From: Octopus bimaculoides
Lineage: Eukaryota
Assembly (NCBI RefSeq): GCF_001194135.2
Contig: NC_068983.1
Coordinates: 27,994,488 to 28,058,487, forward strand
Reading direction: 5' to 3'
Length of the DNA: 64,000 nt
Positions 52,509 through 64,000 of this stretch are shown here, piece by piece (position 1 is the first letter of the stretch; every line of letters starts with the position of its first letter). A program made the position numbers and the translations under genes. The notes beneath the pieces were generated by a model, which made no database searches, had not been told where the DNA came from, and worked only from the letters and a program-made list of their open reading frames with translations.

Positions 52509-52687
52509 AATATATACATATATACGACTGGCTTCTTTCAGTTTCCGTCTACCAAATCCACTCACAAGGCTTTGGTCGGCCCGAGGCTATAGTAGAAGAC
52601 ACTTGCCCAAGGTGCCACGTAGTTGGACTGAACCCAAAACCATGTGGTTGGTAAGCAAGCTACTTACCACACAGCCACTCCTACGCC
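52245..52687 (-). mobile_element. OK-like SINE copy, full length
   Basis: Reverse complement of the 33408 copy, with a (CA)n centre. Confidence 0.9.
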
Positions 52688-54713
52688 TGTTTATTTTAAG
52701 AATAACAGTGCAGGATAGGAGTGGGAGACCGGATCTGGCTGGTTTGAGCATAAAACAGATAGAATATTTGGGCTGGATATGACCAGTTTGAATGCTAAAA
52801 TGTTATAGCTGATTGGATGGGTAGGATAAAATAGTATTCAGCACCTACCTTTTACAATCTATCTCAAGATATTCTTGAAAACGGAAATATATCATCATTC
52901 CTTTACAGCAACAACTTTACAGTTCAACGAGCAGTACAGTATTCATTAAAGGATGACAAAGTTTAAGAAAGATACTCTTAAGATGTGTTCTTCTCTAAAG
53001 ATTGGTAATTTGCAGCATTTTTCTTTCTGTTATCAGTAAGTCCACAGTTCTTTATCAAAATATATCTATTCTTAGAAAGGATGCCGATGAGCTAGATACC
53101 CACTCTTTTGTTTGCATAAAGGTCAAATTCATCTTAGTGGTTCTTTATATTATTAGCAATGTCTGGTTTTCTAGATTTACTCATGTTTTCAGTTATATTG
53201 TTTTAGCAAAATATAGCTTTTATGCTCATACGATTCTTTTTCTTTCTCCCTGTCCTATGTAACTGACTTTCCTCAAAACTGTGTTTCTTTTTCAATTCTA
53301 TTTTTACACAAGTATTAGCACTTTTGCATTATTTATTAAGACAGATTATCTTATAAATATTGAGGTTACTTCCTGAAATTTAAAGCTGAGAACAGCTATT
53401 ACATGGTTTCCTTTTCTCACCATGATGATATGATTACATTTTCTTTGGTTCCAGGAAATTTTGATATTGATTGGCATTAAAGAGTTACTGCTGCCACCAC
53501 CCCACAAAATACATTAGATGTTATTAAATTACATTTTTCTAGCTAGGTTTTAATTTTAATCTTTTCTTTTTTGTAAATTCATATAACAAATGATTTAGGA
53601 ATTTTTAAAATTAAACGCATTGCCACTTTATCAAAACAAAGACAAGTGATTTAGAACAAGCCACTGAGGCAGCCTCTATATGGCTGCTCAATCTGCTAGA
53701 AATAGCACTCAATTTTCCTCAAATAACACACTATCATTTTAATTCAATGAGGCCTTCCTTTCTTTATGAAACCTGAGGTACTCTACGTCTGGGAACATAA
53801 AGACAGTATGGGCATGGTAGGAATGTTTTTGATATGAGAATTGCTGAACTGGTGCTGATGTGGAGCACAAGCATCCAGTAAAATGCAGTGCTGTATTTAT
53901 TCTGGTACCGTGTATTCTGAGTTCAAATCTTGCCATGGCTTACTTGCATGACAGACTTAATCCATCACCCACTTCATCGGTACAGCTAGAGTGCTCCTCA
54001 GAGCAGTCTTTGAGTATACCACCCAACCACTCTTTTGAATGAAATTATGAACAAAGTAAACAAGAGATATAAAATGACAAGCCACCTACTATCACCTAAA
54101 GCACTTTTGAATAAATGGATAAAAAAATATTTCACTATCACTTTGATTAACACTAGTTTTATTTTAGCTTTAATTACATCATTACTTATAATATCAACCC
54201 ACTTTCATGAGCTAATGAAGTCTCTACTTCAATGAGCTGGTGAAGAAATCTCAATACTGTCAGTCATACTGCTTTAAAAAGCAACTAAATCTCTTTCAAA
54301 TCACCGCTAACAATCTTACAAAAAAAATAATGAGTGAGCGGGCTGTGTGGTACCCAGGGGTCAATTTCTATGACTAAAGGGTGATGCCTTAGCATGGCCA
54401 CAGTCAAATGACTGGAACAAGTAAAAGAATAAAAGAATACCAGAAGAATATTCCATACCACTAAACCAAGGGCATGCTTTGAATATGTACAATGTATTTT
54501 ATGGCTAAATAGCAATTCCGTTTACGTTTGCGTAACTGATATATTTTTGTTGGATTATATAGTTATCGGTTTTACACTTCTTTCTATATTCAGTTAATGT
54601 CACAATATACAAACATTTCTCATGGCACCAGAACACAATTTACAGATCTTTACTTCTTTTATATTTTCCATGAATTTTTTCATGGATCCAGCTAGTTATT
54701 ATCATTATTTCAG

Positions 54714-54764
54714 TTGGGAAAGTGTTGAGTCATTGACTTCAAGTTTTCAATGGGCTAATCACAG
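54714..54764 (+). CDS. Candidate internal exon of unidentified plus-strand gene (51 nt, phase 2-2)
   Basis: attatttcag|T TGG GAA ... CAC AG|gtttgc translates WESVESLTSSFQWANH(R) and splices in phase to 60803. Confidence 0.5.
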
Positions 54765-56544
54765 GTTTGCTGCATTATTTGATGGCCGGCAAGAGTAACA
54801 AGGGAGTATCTGTAACTTGGCGTAGAATAAATACATCAAAGGACTTTGCTGGAAGAGTACTAATTTTTTTTATTTTTCTGATTGATGTTTACATCTTTTG
54901 CTGATATACATCAGCAGGAAAAATATATAAGTACATACACACATATATATATATATATATATATATGATGGACTCTCCTATCAAAGACGACGTATAAGTG
55001 TTCAGCTTTGGCTGAATGCCCTGCACAAATGATTTGTTTATAGAAATCAAATGTATGTGCCACACATTAATCCACTCCTTCCATCAAATCGATGCTGTAT
55101 GAACAGGTGCACAGTGTACCATGCGTCAGGTGTCGAAGTGATCCCAGAGCAATGTGAGATAGTGTTTTGCTCAAGAACACAGTACACCATTCGGTCTAAG
55201 AATTGAAATCATGATCACAAAATCATGAGTGTAACACTCTAACCACTGAGCCATGCACCCTCACTATATATATATGTATATGTTTATATGCGTTTTGCTC
55301 CATTTATTATTATTATTCATATCTACTCAAAATGCATCACTTTAACTTGGTATTGCTACCTATAAAACGGGTGTGATATCCTGTTTTTTTTTGTGTGTGA
55401 TTTTTGCTACCCATGGTAACTATTAACATATTTACATTGTCAAGGTTTTTTTAAACCGAGATAATATTAATATATAGATGAATTAATATATATATATATA
55501 TATATTACATAGAAATGTCAAGACAAAAGAAAAACATGATACACACACTCAAACACACACGTTGGGCATCTAACAGTTTCCATCTACCAATTCATTCACA
55601 AAGCATTGATCAGCTTGTGGCCATGGTAGAAAACAGCTGCCAACAGTGCCATAAAGTAGGGATAAAACTTAAACCCTTAGAATTCAGATTACTCTGTCAA
55701 ATGTTATGTTGTTTTGAATTAATCACGTTTTAAGAAGAAAACTGTGTATAAGAGGCATCAGATGTTGTGTGCAAGAGAGAAGACTGTTCTGGCTTAGTCA
55801 TGTGATGCGTATGCATGAAAACAACTGTGTAAAGAAGTGCTGAGCTCTAATTGTGGAGGTACCTGTGAAAGGGGTTGACTGAGGAAGACGTGGAACAAAG
55901 TGGTGAGAAAGGGTCTTCGGCTGCTGGGCCCCACTGAAGAAATGCCAAGGGAGTGTGAGATAGTGATTTGTTGTACTTGATAAGATACATCAAGCTAAGT
56001 AAAATCGCTGTCTCCCACATATACAGGTCTGTCCATTCTGGTGCCACTTAAAAGCACTCATGCAAGTGCTGCACAAATGCTCCTTTGCCGGTGCCACTCA
56101 AAAAGTACCCGTGCTGGAGTGGCATTAAAGCACCTGTGTCAATACTGCATAAATGCACCCATGCCAGTGGCACATAAAAGCACCCAGCACACACTGCTAA
56201 GTCGTTGGCATTAGGAAGGGCATCCAGCCATAGAAACCACCACAGCTCCAGGCTAGCCAGCTTCATGTCAAACCGTCCAATCCATGCTAGCATGGACAAC
56301 AGATGTTAAACAATCATGATGATGATGATGTTTTAGCTTGTAGCTTCAAGATTTTGGATAATGTGGTTGTTCATTTTTAAAATGGCATTGTATGATAGGT
56401 ATGAGAGGCTGGATTTGGCCAGTTTGAACATAAAACAGGAAGACTATATAGGCCAGATATGCCCAGTTTAAAAGCTAAACTGCTAAACTACATGGTTGTG
56501 AAGAAAATGTGTAATTCACATGGCTATGGCAATATAAATACATC

Positions 56545-56980
56545 TAAGGTGGTGAGCTGGCAGAATCATTAGCACACCGGGCGAAATGCTTAGCGATATT
56601 TCATCTGTCTTTACGCTCTGAGTTCAAATTCTGCAGAGGTCGACTTTGCCTTTCATCCTTTTGGGGTTAATTAAATAAGTACCAGTTATGCACTGGGGTT
56701 GATATAATCGACATAATCTATTTGTCTGTCCTTGTTTGTCCCCTCTGTGTGTAGCCCCTTGTGGGCAGAAAAGAAATAAGAAATGCTAGCATGCCAGGCA
56801 AAATGCTTAGCAGTATTTCGTCTGTCTTTATGTTCTGAGTTCAAATTCCGCCAAGGTCGACTTTACCTTTCATCCTTCGGGGTCAATAAATAAAGCACCA
56901 GTTGCATACTGGGGTCGATCTAATTGACTGGCCCCTTCCCCTAAAATTTCAAGCCTTGTACCTCGAGTAGAAAAGAATAT
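56545..56980 (+). mobile_element. Tandem pair of tRNA-derived SINE bodies
   Basis: aaatgcttagc..tatttc.tctgtcttta.g.tctgagttcaaattc...ggtcgacttt.cctttcatcctt occurs twice (about 56585 and 56800). Confidence 0.75.
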
Positions 56981-58175
56981 AAATTCATCTGTCAGATTCC
57001 TACAAAGAAAATATAATCTCCCTTTAGCTCTTGATTTCTTCTCTATCATTTCTGAGAGTTAATTAACTGTTATAAATTATTTGTCATGGAAACATACCAG
57101 CATATTATGAATATTGTGGCTATTTCAAGATGCATAAAATAAAACAAAGATCAAATATACCATTTGATATCATTTTCTCACATCTTATTACTACTTTATT
57201 AACTATAATTTTAATTCTTGCCAACCATATATAAAGGCAATCATTTCTCACAATGATTTAAGATGAAGATTAGTTCAGTATGCAACAAATCTTAGATTTG
57301 GTAATGACTTCTTAATATTTGCAAGGATCATGTGACACTGAATTGATTTCATTTGAATGGCATATTTTTATAACAGATTTCATAATCAGAATAGAGGTAT
57401 TTCATTTCATTTCATTTCATTCTATTCTCTGGAATATTTATGTTAGATGCATAGTGGTAATAAAATTTATGAAACTCAGCTCTGTCAAGCCAACATCAAT
57501 TAATGGTGTAATAATTTACAAAGCTAAACCCTGAAATGCTTTATGACAAACTGCTTTGCTATAATTTCAAAGAAGATTTATTATCAACAGAAATAAATTA
57601 GAAAATTAAATTAAAATAGATACAGCAAGAACAGGCATGGACGTGTGTTTTAAGTTCACTTTACAACCATGTAGCTTCAAGTTCAAACTCACCATGTAGT
57701 AGTTTCGGTACGTGACTCCCACTACAGGCCCAGGGCAAAATGATGAAACATGAATAAATTTGATAGCTGGAAATTGTAGGAAACTCATCCTATATCATCG
57801 TCATCATTAATGTTCACTTTTTCATTCTCACATGGATCAGAGGATACTTGTTGAGGTAAATTCTTAAATTTCTTATGGTCAGATGCCCTTTCTGTTACCA
57901 GCCCTCTCCTGTTTCCAAGCAAGGTAGTACTTTTTTGAAGGCCAGACATGTTTTCACAGAAGACTGGAAACAGAGTAAGCCACTTATTTGGTGGGGACGT
58001 TTGTTTAGAACTATATAATAGGTTTCTTTTTTCTTTCAGTTGTTGTCTCTGAACTCCGCTCCTGAGGCTTTGGCCCACCAAAGTCTATAGTAATAAGTTC
58101 TTGTCCCTGGTACTATCCAGTAGGACTGAAACTGAAACCCAGAAGATGGGAAGTGAATTTCTTGACCTTACAGCA

Positions 58176-58241
<66 letters not shown>

Positions 58242-58860
58242 ATGAGTCTGTCTATGTATTCCACACACTTGCCACATGAACAATGCAGTACTAATATTGG
58301 CATTCCTTGTTAACATTATGTCTAAACAAATTGTGCTCTCAAAAACCTGAGGAATGTAACAATTCCTTGTTTGAAAACCAGGTAAGGATTGGAAACAGGA
58401 AGAGCATCCAGCTGTAAAATGCTGCCTCACATAACTCTCCATTCAAACTCATATCAGCATGATGAATTGGACTTCAAACTAATAAAAGTTAAAATGAAAG
58501 AAACTCCAGTAGTTAAAAGTAATGTATGATCTAACAATTGTTCTTCTATGTGGTAGCCTGACATGCTAGAAATAGCAGCCAAATTTGCCTCAAATCCTAC
58601 CCTTCAATTCAAAAGGAATTTAGAACATGGTGATATAGTACTGCATGCACTATTCCTGAAAACAATTTGTAAAGTCTTTATTCAATGCTCTGCTCAATAA
58701 TCGATGAAGGATACCAGTACTGTTCTATATTTTAGAGATGAGGAATTATTTACATTAGACGGATATGTGTCCTCATCTTGTTTGTTGTTACCACAATGTT
58801 TCAGCTGATTTACTTTCCAGCCTTCATCAGTTGTTCTGGTGGAACCTATGCTTAGTGTGT

Positions 58861-59230
58861 GTTATTAATACATCCAGGAATGCTAGCTGATTGTCATTTT
58901 CCTTTACCATTGGGAACTAAATGGATGGCTTTATTGAGTTCACATGATCTAGCAGTACTTAGACATCTTCCTGTTGGGGCCAGAGTATAAAGGTGTCATC
59001 AGTGTATTGAAGCCATAGTGTTGGCTTTAGTAGTATTGATCCTAAAGCCAAATTCTCAAAAGTATAACCTGTATATATTGGCTATTATTGGTGATAATGG
59101 CAAACCCATAGCTAAACCCTCTACTGTCGATATATATATCAGTGTTTATGCTGAAGTAGGTAGTTTCTCCACAGATAGTCAACGTTTCCATCGAGTTTCC
59201 TATACTAGTGTGAGCTTTTAGAGAGGTGTC
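58861..59230 (-). mobile_element. Penelope-like element reverse transcriptase remnant
   Basis: Minus strand reads, with a frameshift and stops, GLAMGLPLSPIIANIY...KPTLWLQYTDDTFILW...DHVNSIKPSI*F.M.KENDNQLAFLDVLI. These match the typical PLE RT motifs GxxMGSPLSP, YVDDTF and LPFLD. Confidence 0.8.
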
Positions 59231-59745
59231 CATCACTTGTTTTTCTTGAATCACAATCAAAAATGGAAATGCTGATACCATTGCCGCCTGACTGGCTCTC
59301 ATGCTGGTGGCATGCAATAAGCACCATTCATGCATGGGTCATTGCCAGTGTCACCTGACTGGCTCCTCGTGCCAGTGGTACATAAAAAGCACCATCTGAA
59401 CATGGTTGATGCTTCGTGTTATATATCATAAACAACCCATGCTAGCATGGAAAGCGGACGTTAAACGATGATGATGATTATGATGATTACATGTGCAAAT
59501 AGGATATCATATAATATTAAATAAGGTGGTGGTATATCCAGAAAGCGGTCTTTTAATAAAAACTTAGGATTTTCAATGACTCTTTTAAAGTATCTTTTAT
59601 TCACAGTGTCCAAAGATGTCATATGCACACACATACACACACTATATCTGTGTATACTTGAATATACATAAATATATGTGAATGTGTATGTATGTATACA
59701 TATATACATATACATATGTGTGTGTGTGTGTGTGTGTATGCATAT

Positions 59746-59793
<48 letters not shown>

Positions 59794-60182
59794 CACACAC
59801 CATAATTTTATAACAAAGAGTATGAAGAATTTCATAGCCATATGAGGAAAGAAAATTTCAAAGCATTCTTTCCTAGTTTGCAGAATAATTCAAATTGATA
59901 TTTTGTTCCCTGGAATATTTTAAGAGTTGACAATATCTGTAACTCTCTCTTGGGAATTCAATTTTATTTTATAATTTGTAGCTTCAAAACAATTCCTGAT
60001 AAAAGTGGATACAAGAAAAGATGCATTCAGTATGTGTTAGTAAGGAATGCCAAACAATATTTTTACCAAAAGTCATTAACTTAAGTAAATATTTCACACG
60101 TATGTGTCAAGAAGATAGNNNNNNNNNNNNNNNNNNNNNNNNNNNNNNNNNNNNNNNNNNNNNNNNNNNNNNNNNNNNNNNN

Positions 60183-60218
<36 letters not shown>

Positions 60219-60802
60219 GTCCCGTTGGGAGTCTGTTGAAATAGAAATATGAATGAGGTAAAAAGAGATTGCTACCAGAGAAACCAACACGGATGGTAAA
60301 GTAATTTCAAAAACAGAATAGTAGAAATGAAATCACTTTACTAACTATATGCATGTGATTTTAAGCAAGCATATTCAGGTACACTACCAGCATTCTTATA
60401 TGTTTGGTTCCAAAGTCTAAACAGATTATTTTGCCAGACCATTGATGATCACATGATAATTCATTAACATTTTTCTAACTTATTAGTTATACATAAATTA
60501 TTGATTATATCACAGAGCTTACATATCAAAACATCATGGTCCATTCTTTTTCAATAGTTCTAATTTATGTTGGATCAATGTGGATTGAGATTTCCATTTA
60601 ATACAACCATTAATGCTCACAGTTCTCTTAATATTAGTAATCATAGCTGAGGGTAAGTCTAATAAGCAGAGGATCTCTCAGATTTAAGTATTAGCTTTAA
60701 CGTGTGCTGTTTAAAAAGTGCATCTAAACACATAGTGCACACAATACTACCTGTGAACAGGTGGCTACAAGAATTTCAAATTCTCCCTCATTAATTATCC
60801 AG

Positions 60803-60896
60803 ATTAAATGAGGTGCTAGACCTTCAGTTGCCAGAAAAAACGTGGTGTACCTGTATGATGTCCCCATTCGTTTGGTTTGACCATGTATTTGCAAAT
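60803..60896 (+). CDS. Candidate internal exon of unidentified plus-strand gene (94 nt, phase 2-0)
   Basis: ttaattatccag|A TTA AAT ... GCA AAT|gtaagc translates (R)LNEVLDLQLPEKTWCTCMMSPFVWFDHVFAN. Higher GC than the flanks, with globular-protein-like composition. Confidence 0.55.
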
Positions 60897-61260
60897 GTAA
60901 GCACATGCTTCGGCAAATTCTCTTTTTCTCCTTTTGTGGGAGACTGGTAGTTGCCCTTGCATGAAAGTTTCTCCTCTCCATGTTACTGATGCACTGTTAT
61001 CTATAATAATAAACACAAAATTCTGTCTGTTTGTCTGGGACCCATGTATCTCGGTTTACATTTGCTCTACCAGGTTGATTTGTTTGACCAAACTCTTCAC
61101 AGTGGTGCCCCAGCATTGCCACAATCCAATGACTGAAGCAAGTGAAACATAAATAGATAGATAACAAAGTTTCCTTGATAGGGAGGCTGATGTTTTTGAG
61201 AAAAATTCAATCAGCAGATAGCTTTTATTTACATTATCAATTCACTTTAAGTTAAGGAAA

Positions 61261-61307
<47 letters not shown>

Positions 61308-62949
61308 GGAGTTGTTTGTGACCCACAGTTACTCTCTTCCCATTATCTATGTCAATCTATGATGCAACATGTAAGTGAAGATGAAGCTAAGCAGTGATAT
61401 AGAACAAGTAGAGTGAATTAGATGTGCAACATGAAATGAAGCAACAGGATATCGAAATCTCTTAAGTATTTATGAAAAATGTAACTGCTTAGAGTGTTAT
61501 GTAATACAAATGAATGATGCATGCTGGTAAAAAGTGTGACATAATAGATAGTAATGAGCATATAAGTTAAAATTAAGTAATTAAATTCTATAGAATGTAA
61601 AATCAGAAATTACAGAAGAAAATAGAATTTACAGATGTGGTGATGTAGAAATAAATGCATGAAAAATATGTCAATTCCTTGTGCAAAACAGAATGTAAGT
61701 TGAAAAACCGATAAGACAGAGGATTATATATATATAATCTATATATATTTATGCAGTCCCATCTCTTTCTGTCTCTCTCTCCAAACATGACATGCACACA
61801 ATTGCACACATTCCTACAAAATTTGTACACGTTTTTACAAAAAAAAAACATAGATGGATTAACATACTTATATATAAGCATATATTTATTATAAACCTAC
61901 TCTAGAAATGCATAAATTTATAGACATGTACATGTGTGGTTGCATTTGAATCAATTTTCTAATGATTTACAATTTTGTTCATGCTTGCATGGATTAAATG
62001 AGAATGGATGCAAATAGGCAGAAATAAAAGAGAGATCCAACAGCCATTTCTGTTCTATTCTGGCATGGATTGTATAGAATTTCAGTATAGAATTTTATCA
62101 TATATTATCAATACTGCATTCTAATTTCTGACATCCCTACTTTTCCCATGCCATGAGCGTTTCATACCAGCTGATGTCAACTATTTACATTACATTCTAT
62201 GAGTTTGTCTCACTTCTTCCATGCTAAGATTATCTTCCATTATCAGCTAATATCAACCATCCATGTTACATTCCAAGCTCTGACCTACTCATAGCTTCCC
62301 ATACCATGATAACCTTCCACTGTTAGTTGAAGTCATCCAGTCACGCTATATTCTTATATCAGAGCAACCACCCTATTTTGCATATACTAACTAGCAGTGC
62401 AAGCTCAATTAAGTAGTCAGAAATTTACATGGTTTCGGCTTCAACCCTTCTGTGTGGAATCCTGGGAAAGTGTCTTCTGCTATATCTCCAAGCCAACCAA
62501 AGTGTTCTGTGAGTGATTTGGTAGATGGAAACTGTAAGAAGTCTAGTGTGTGTGTGTGTAGGCTAACTGCATCAAGTAGTAAGAGGCACCAAAGATCCCT
62601 TAGGGTGGTTGCTCTGATATAAGAATATAGCGTGACTGGATGACTTCAACTATACAAACGCATTGTAATTATTCTATTAGGAATGTTAACCAAAAACAAT
62701 TACAAAGAATATGGAGACTGGTACATCTTCAATCTTTTCTTTTAATTTTAACAGTTAATTGTACTGCTTAACTGGCCAAAACGACCAACGTGTTTCTGCA
62801 GCACAGAGAATGTGCAGTTGCATATGCAGCCTGCAATATTCTATGATGCACCTTTATTCAGGTTCTTTCCACAAGTGTTAAACGTGTCTTTGTGTATGTG
62901 TTATGTTCTCCTTGTCTTAACATTATGTAGTAGCTGTAAATGGGTGCAA

Positions 62950-63290
62950 GCAAATTGACCCCAGGACTTATTCTTTGTAAGCCTAGTACTTATTCTATCG
63001 GTCTCTTTTGCCGAACTGCTAAGTTACGGGGATGTAAACACACCAGCATCGGTTGTCAAGCGATGTTGGGGGGACAAACACAGATACACAAACATATACA
63101 CACACATACAAACATACATATACATATACATATATACGACGGGCTTCTTTCAGTTTCCATTTACCAAATCCACTCACAAGGCTTTGGTTGGCCCAAGGTT
63201 ATAGTAGAAGACACTTGCCCAAGGTGCCACACAGTGGGAATGAACCCGGAACCATGTGGTTGGTAAGCAAGCTACTTACCACACAGCCAT
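62950..63290 (-). mobile_element. OK-like SINE copy, truncated
   Basis: gaccccaggacttattctttgtaagcc...cttaccacacagcca. Confidence 0.85.
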
Positions 63291-64000
63291 TCAGTCCGTT
63301 TTATTGCACTTCTTCCAAGCTTGTCATTTATTTACCACACTTTTTCTCCACCATGCAACTAATTACTGAGCAATGGCCCTCTACCAACCACAGAGCAGAT
63401 CAGTGGCTGGTAGCATGTCGTCTTTCATGAACATCCAGAGGCCCTACATGTTACAGCATTCTATATCCTCCTTTTTGTGTAAATTATTCTCAAATAGCAC
63501 CAAGTGAAAGTTAAATCTTACAAAAGAATATTCCAGCCTTCTCATATTCTCTGGTTTCTACACATAATCTTTCTTTCTTTCTTCTTCTTCTTTTGAATTT
63601 TTTAAGCTGAATCCATTAATTTTCAGTTCATATTCAGAATGTAACCCTTAATAGATATGGTGCTTTCAATCACTCTCTTTCCTATTCAGGACACAGTGCT
63701 CACTTGAGTGGTGAATTACCAATGTGCAGGATAAGTATTTTTTTTTTGTAAGTGATATTGCAAGGGATTAGTTAATTTGCATTATTCAATCCCAGAATCC
63801 TCTCTCTCTTTCTCTTCAATTCCTGCATTGTGACCATAGGCCTGTTGCAAACAAGCCTATCCATCATGACATTTCCTAATTTGGTTATTTCAGTACCTTG
63901 GGTCCCTTTAGAAGAGTGCACTCTGTTGCAAGCATTCAGAACAAGTCTCCAGTTTGAGGATACCTAATAAGTCTCATTCTGAGGATGCATAACAAACTTC

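Noticed and set aside
63892-63958. Possible upstream minus-strand exon (VSSNWRLVLNACNRVHSSKGTQ, phase 0-1) for the FRMPD4-like gene
   Set aside because: The phase fits, but the splice sites are mediocre and the peptide resembles no FERM/PDZ sequence I recognise.

Overview
AT-rich, repeat-dense animal genomic DNA with several N gaps. The SINE families, RTE/CR1 LINE debris and (TA)n/(CA)n/(GAT)n load look like an octopus (coleoid cephalopod) genome; this is an inference from remembered repeat sequences, not a database search. The main gene is on the minus strand. Five exons with canonical GT-AG sites and matching phases (41797-41618, 37796-37542, 35130-34784, 24199-22772, 20480-19593) encode about 1030 C-terminal residues of a probable FRMPD4/Preso-like scaffold, with a PPPGF Homer-type ligand, repeated L/V/I-PPP(P) motifs and a C-terminal helical bundle. 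Its 5' exons (PDZ/FERM) were not found in the window. Short plus-strand candidate exons suggest two further unidentified genes: one at 52-61 kb, possibly nested antisense, and one at 6.7-10.9 kb, convergent. The rest is transposon-derived: many SINEs, a hAT deletion derivative with a perfect 8-bp TSD, Tc1/mariner elements, LINE remnants and a Penelope-like RT remnant. The most unusual signal is a family of non-coding fold-back elements (24.5, 27.9, 40.0 and 40.5 kb). It carries a minimal type-I hammerhead ribozyme motif (40501-40543) and a hairpin end, consistent with non-autonomous Penelope-like or retrozyme-like elements. Two other long palindromes and a 62-bp minisatellite grown inside a SINE are also present.
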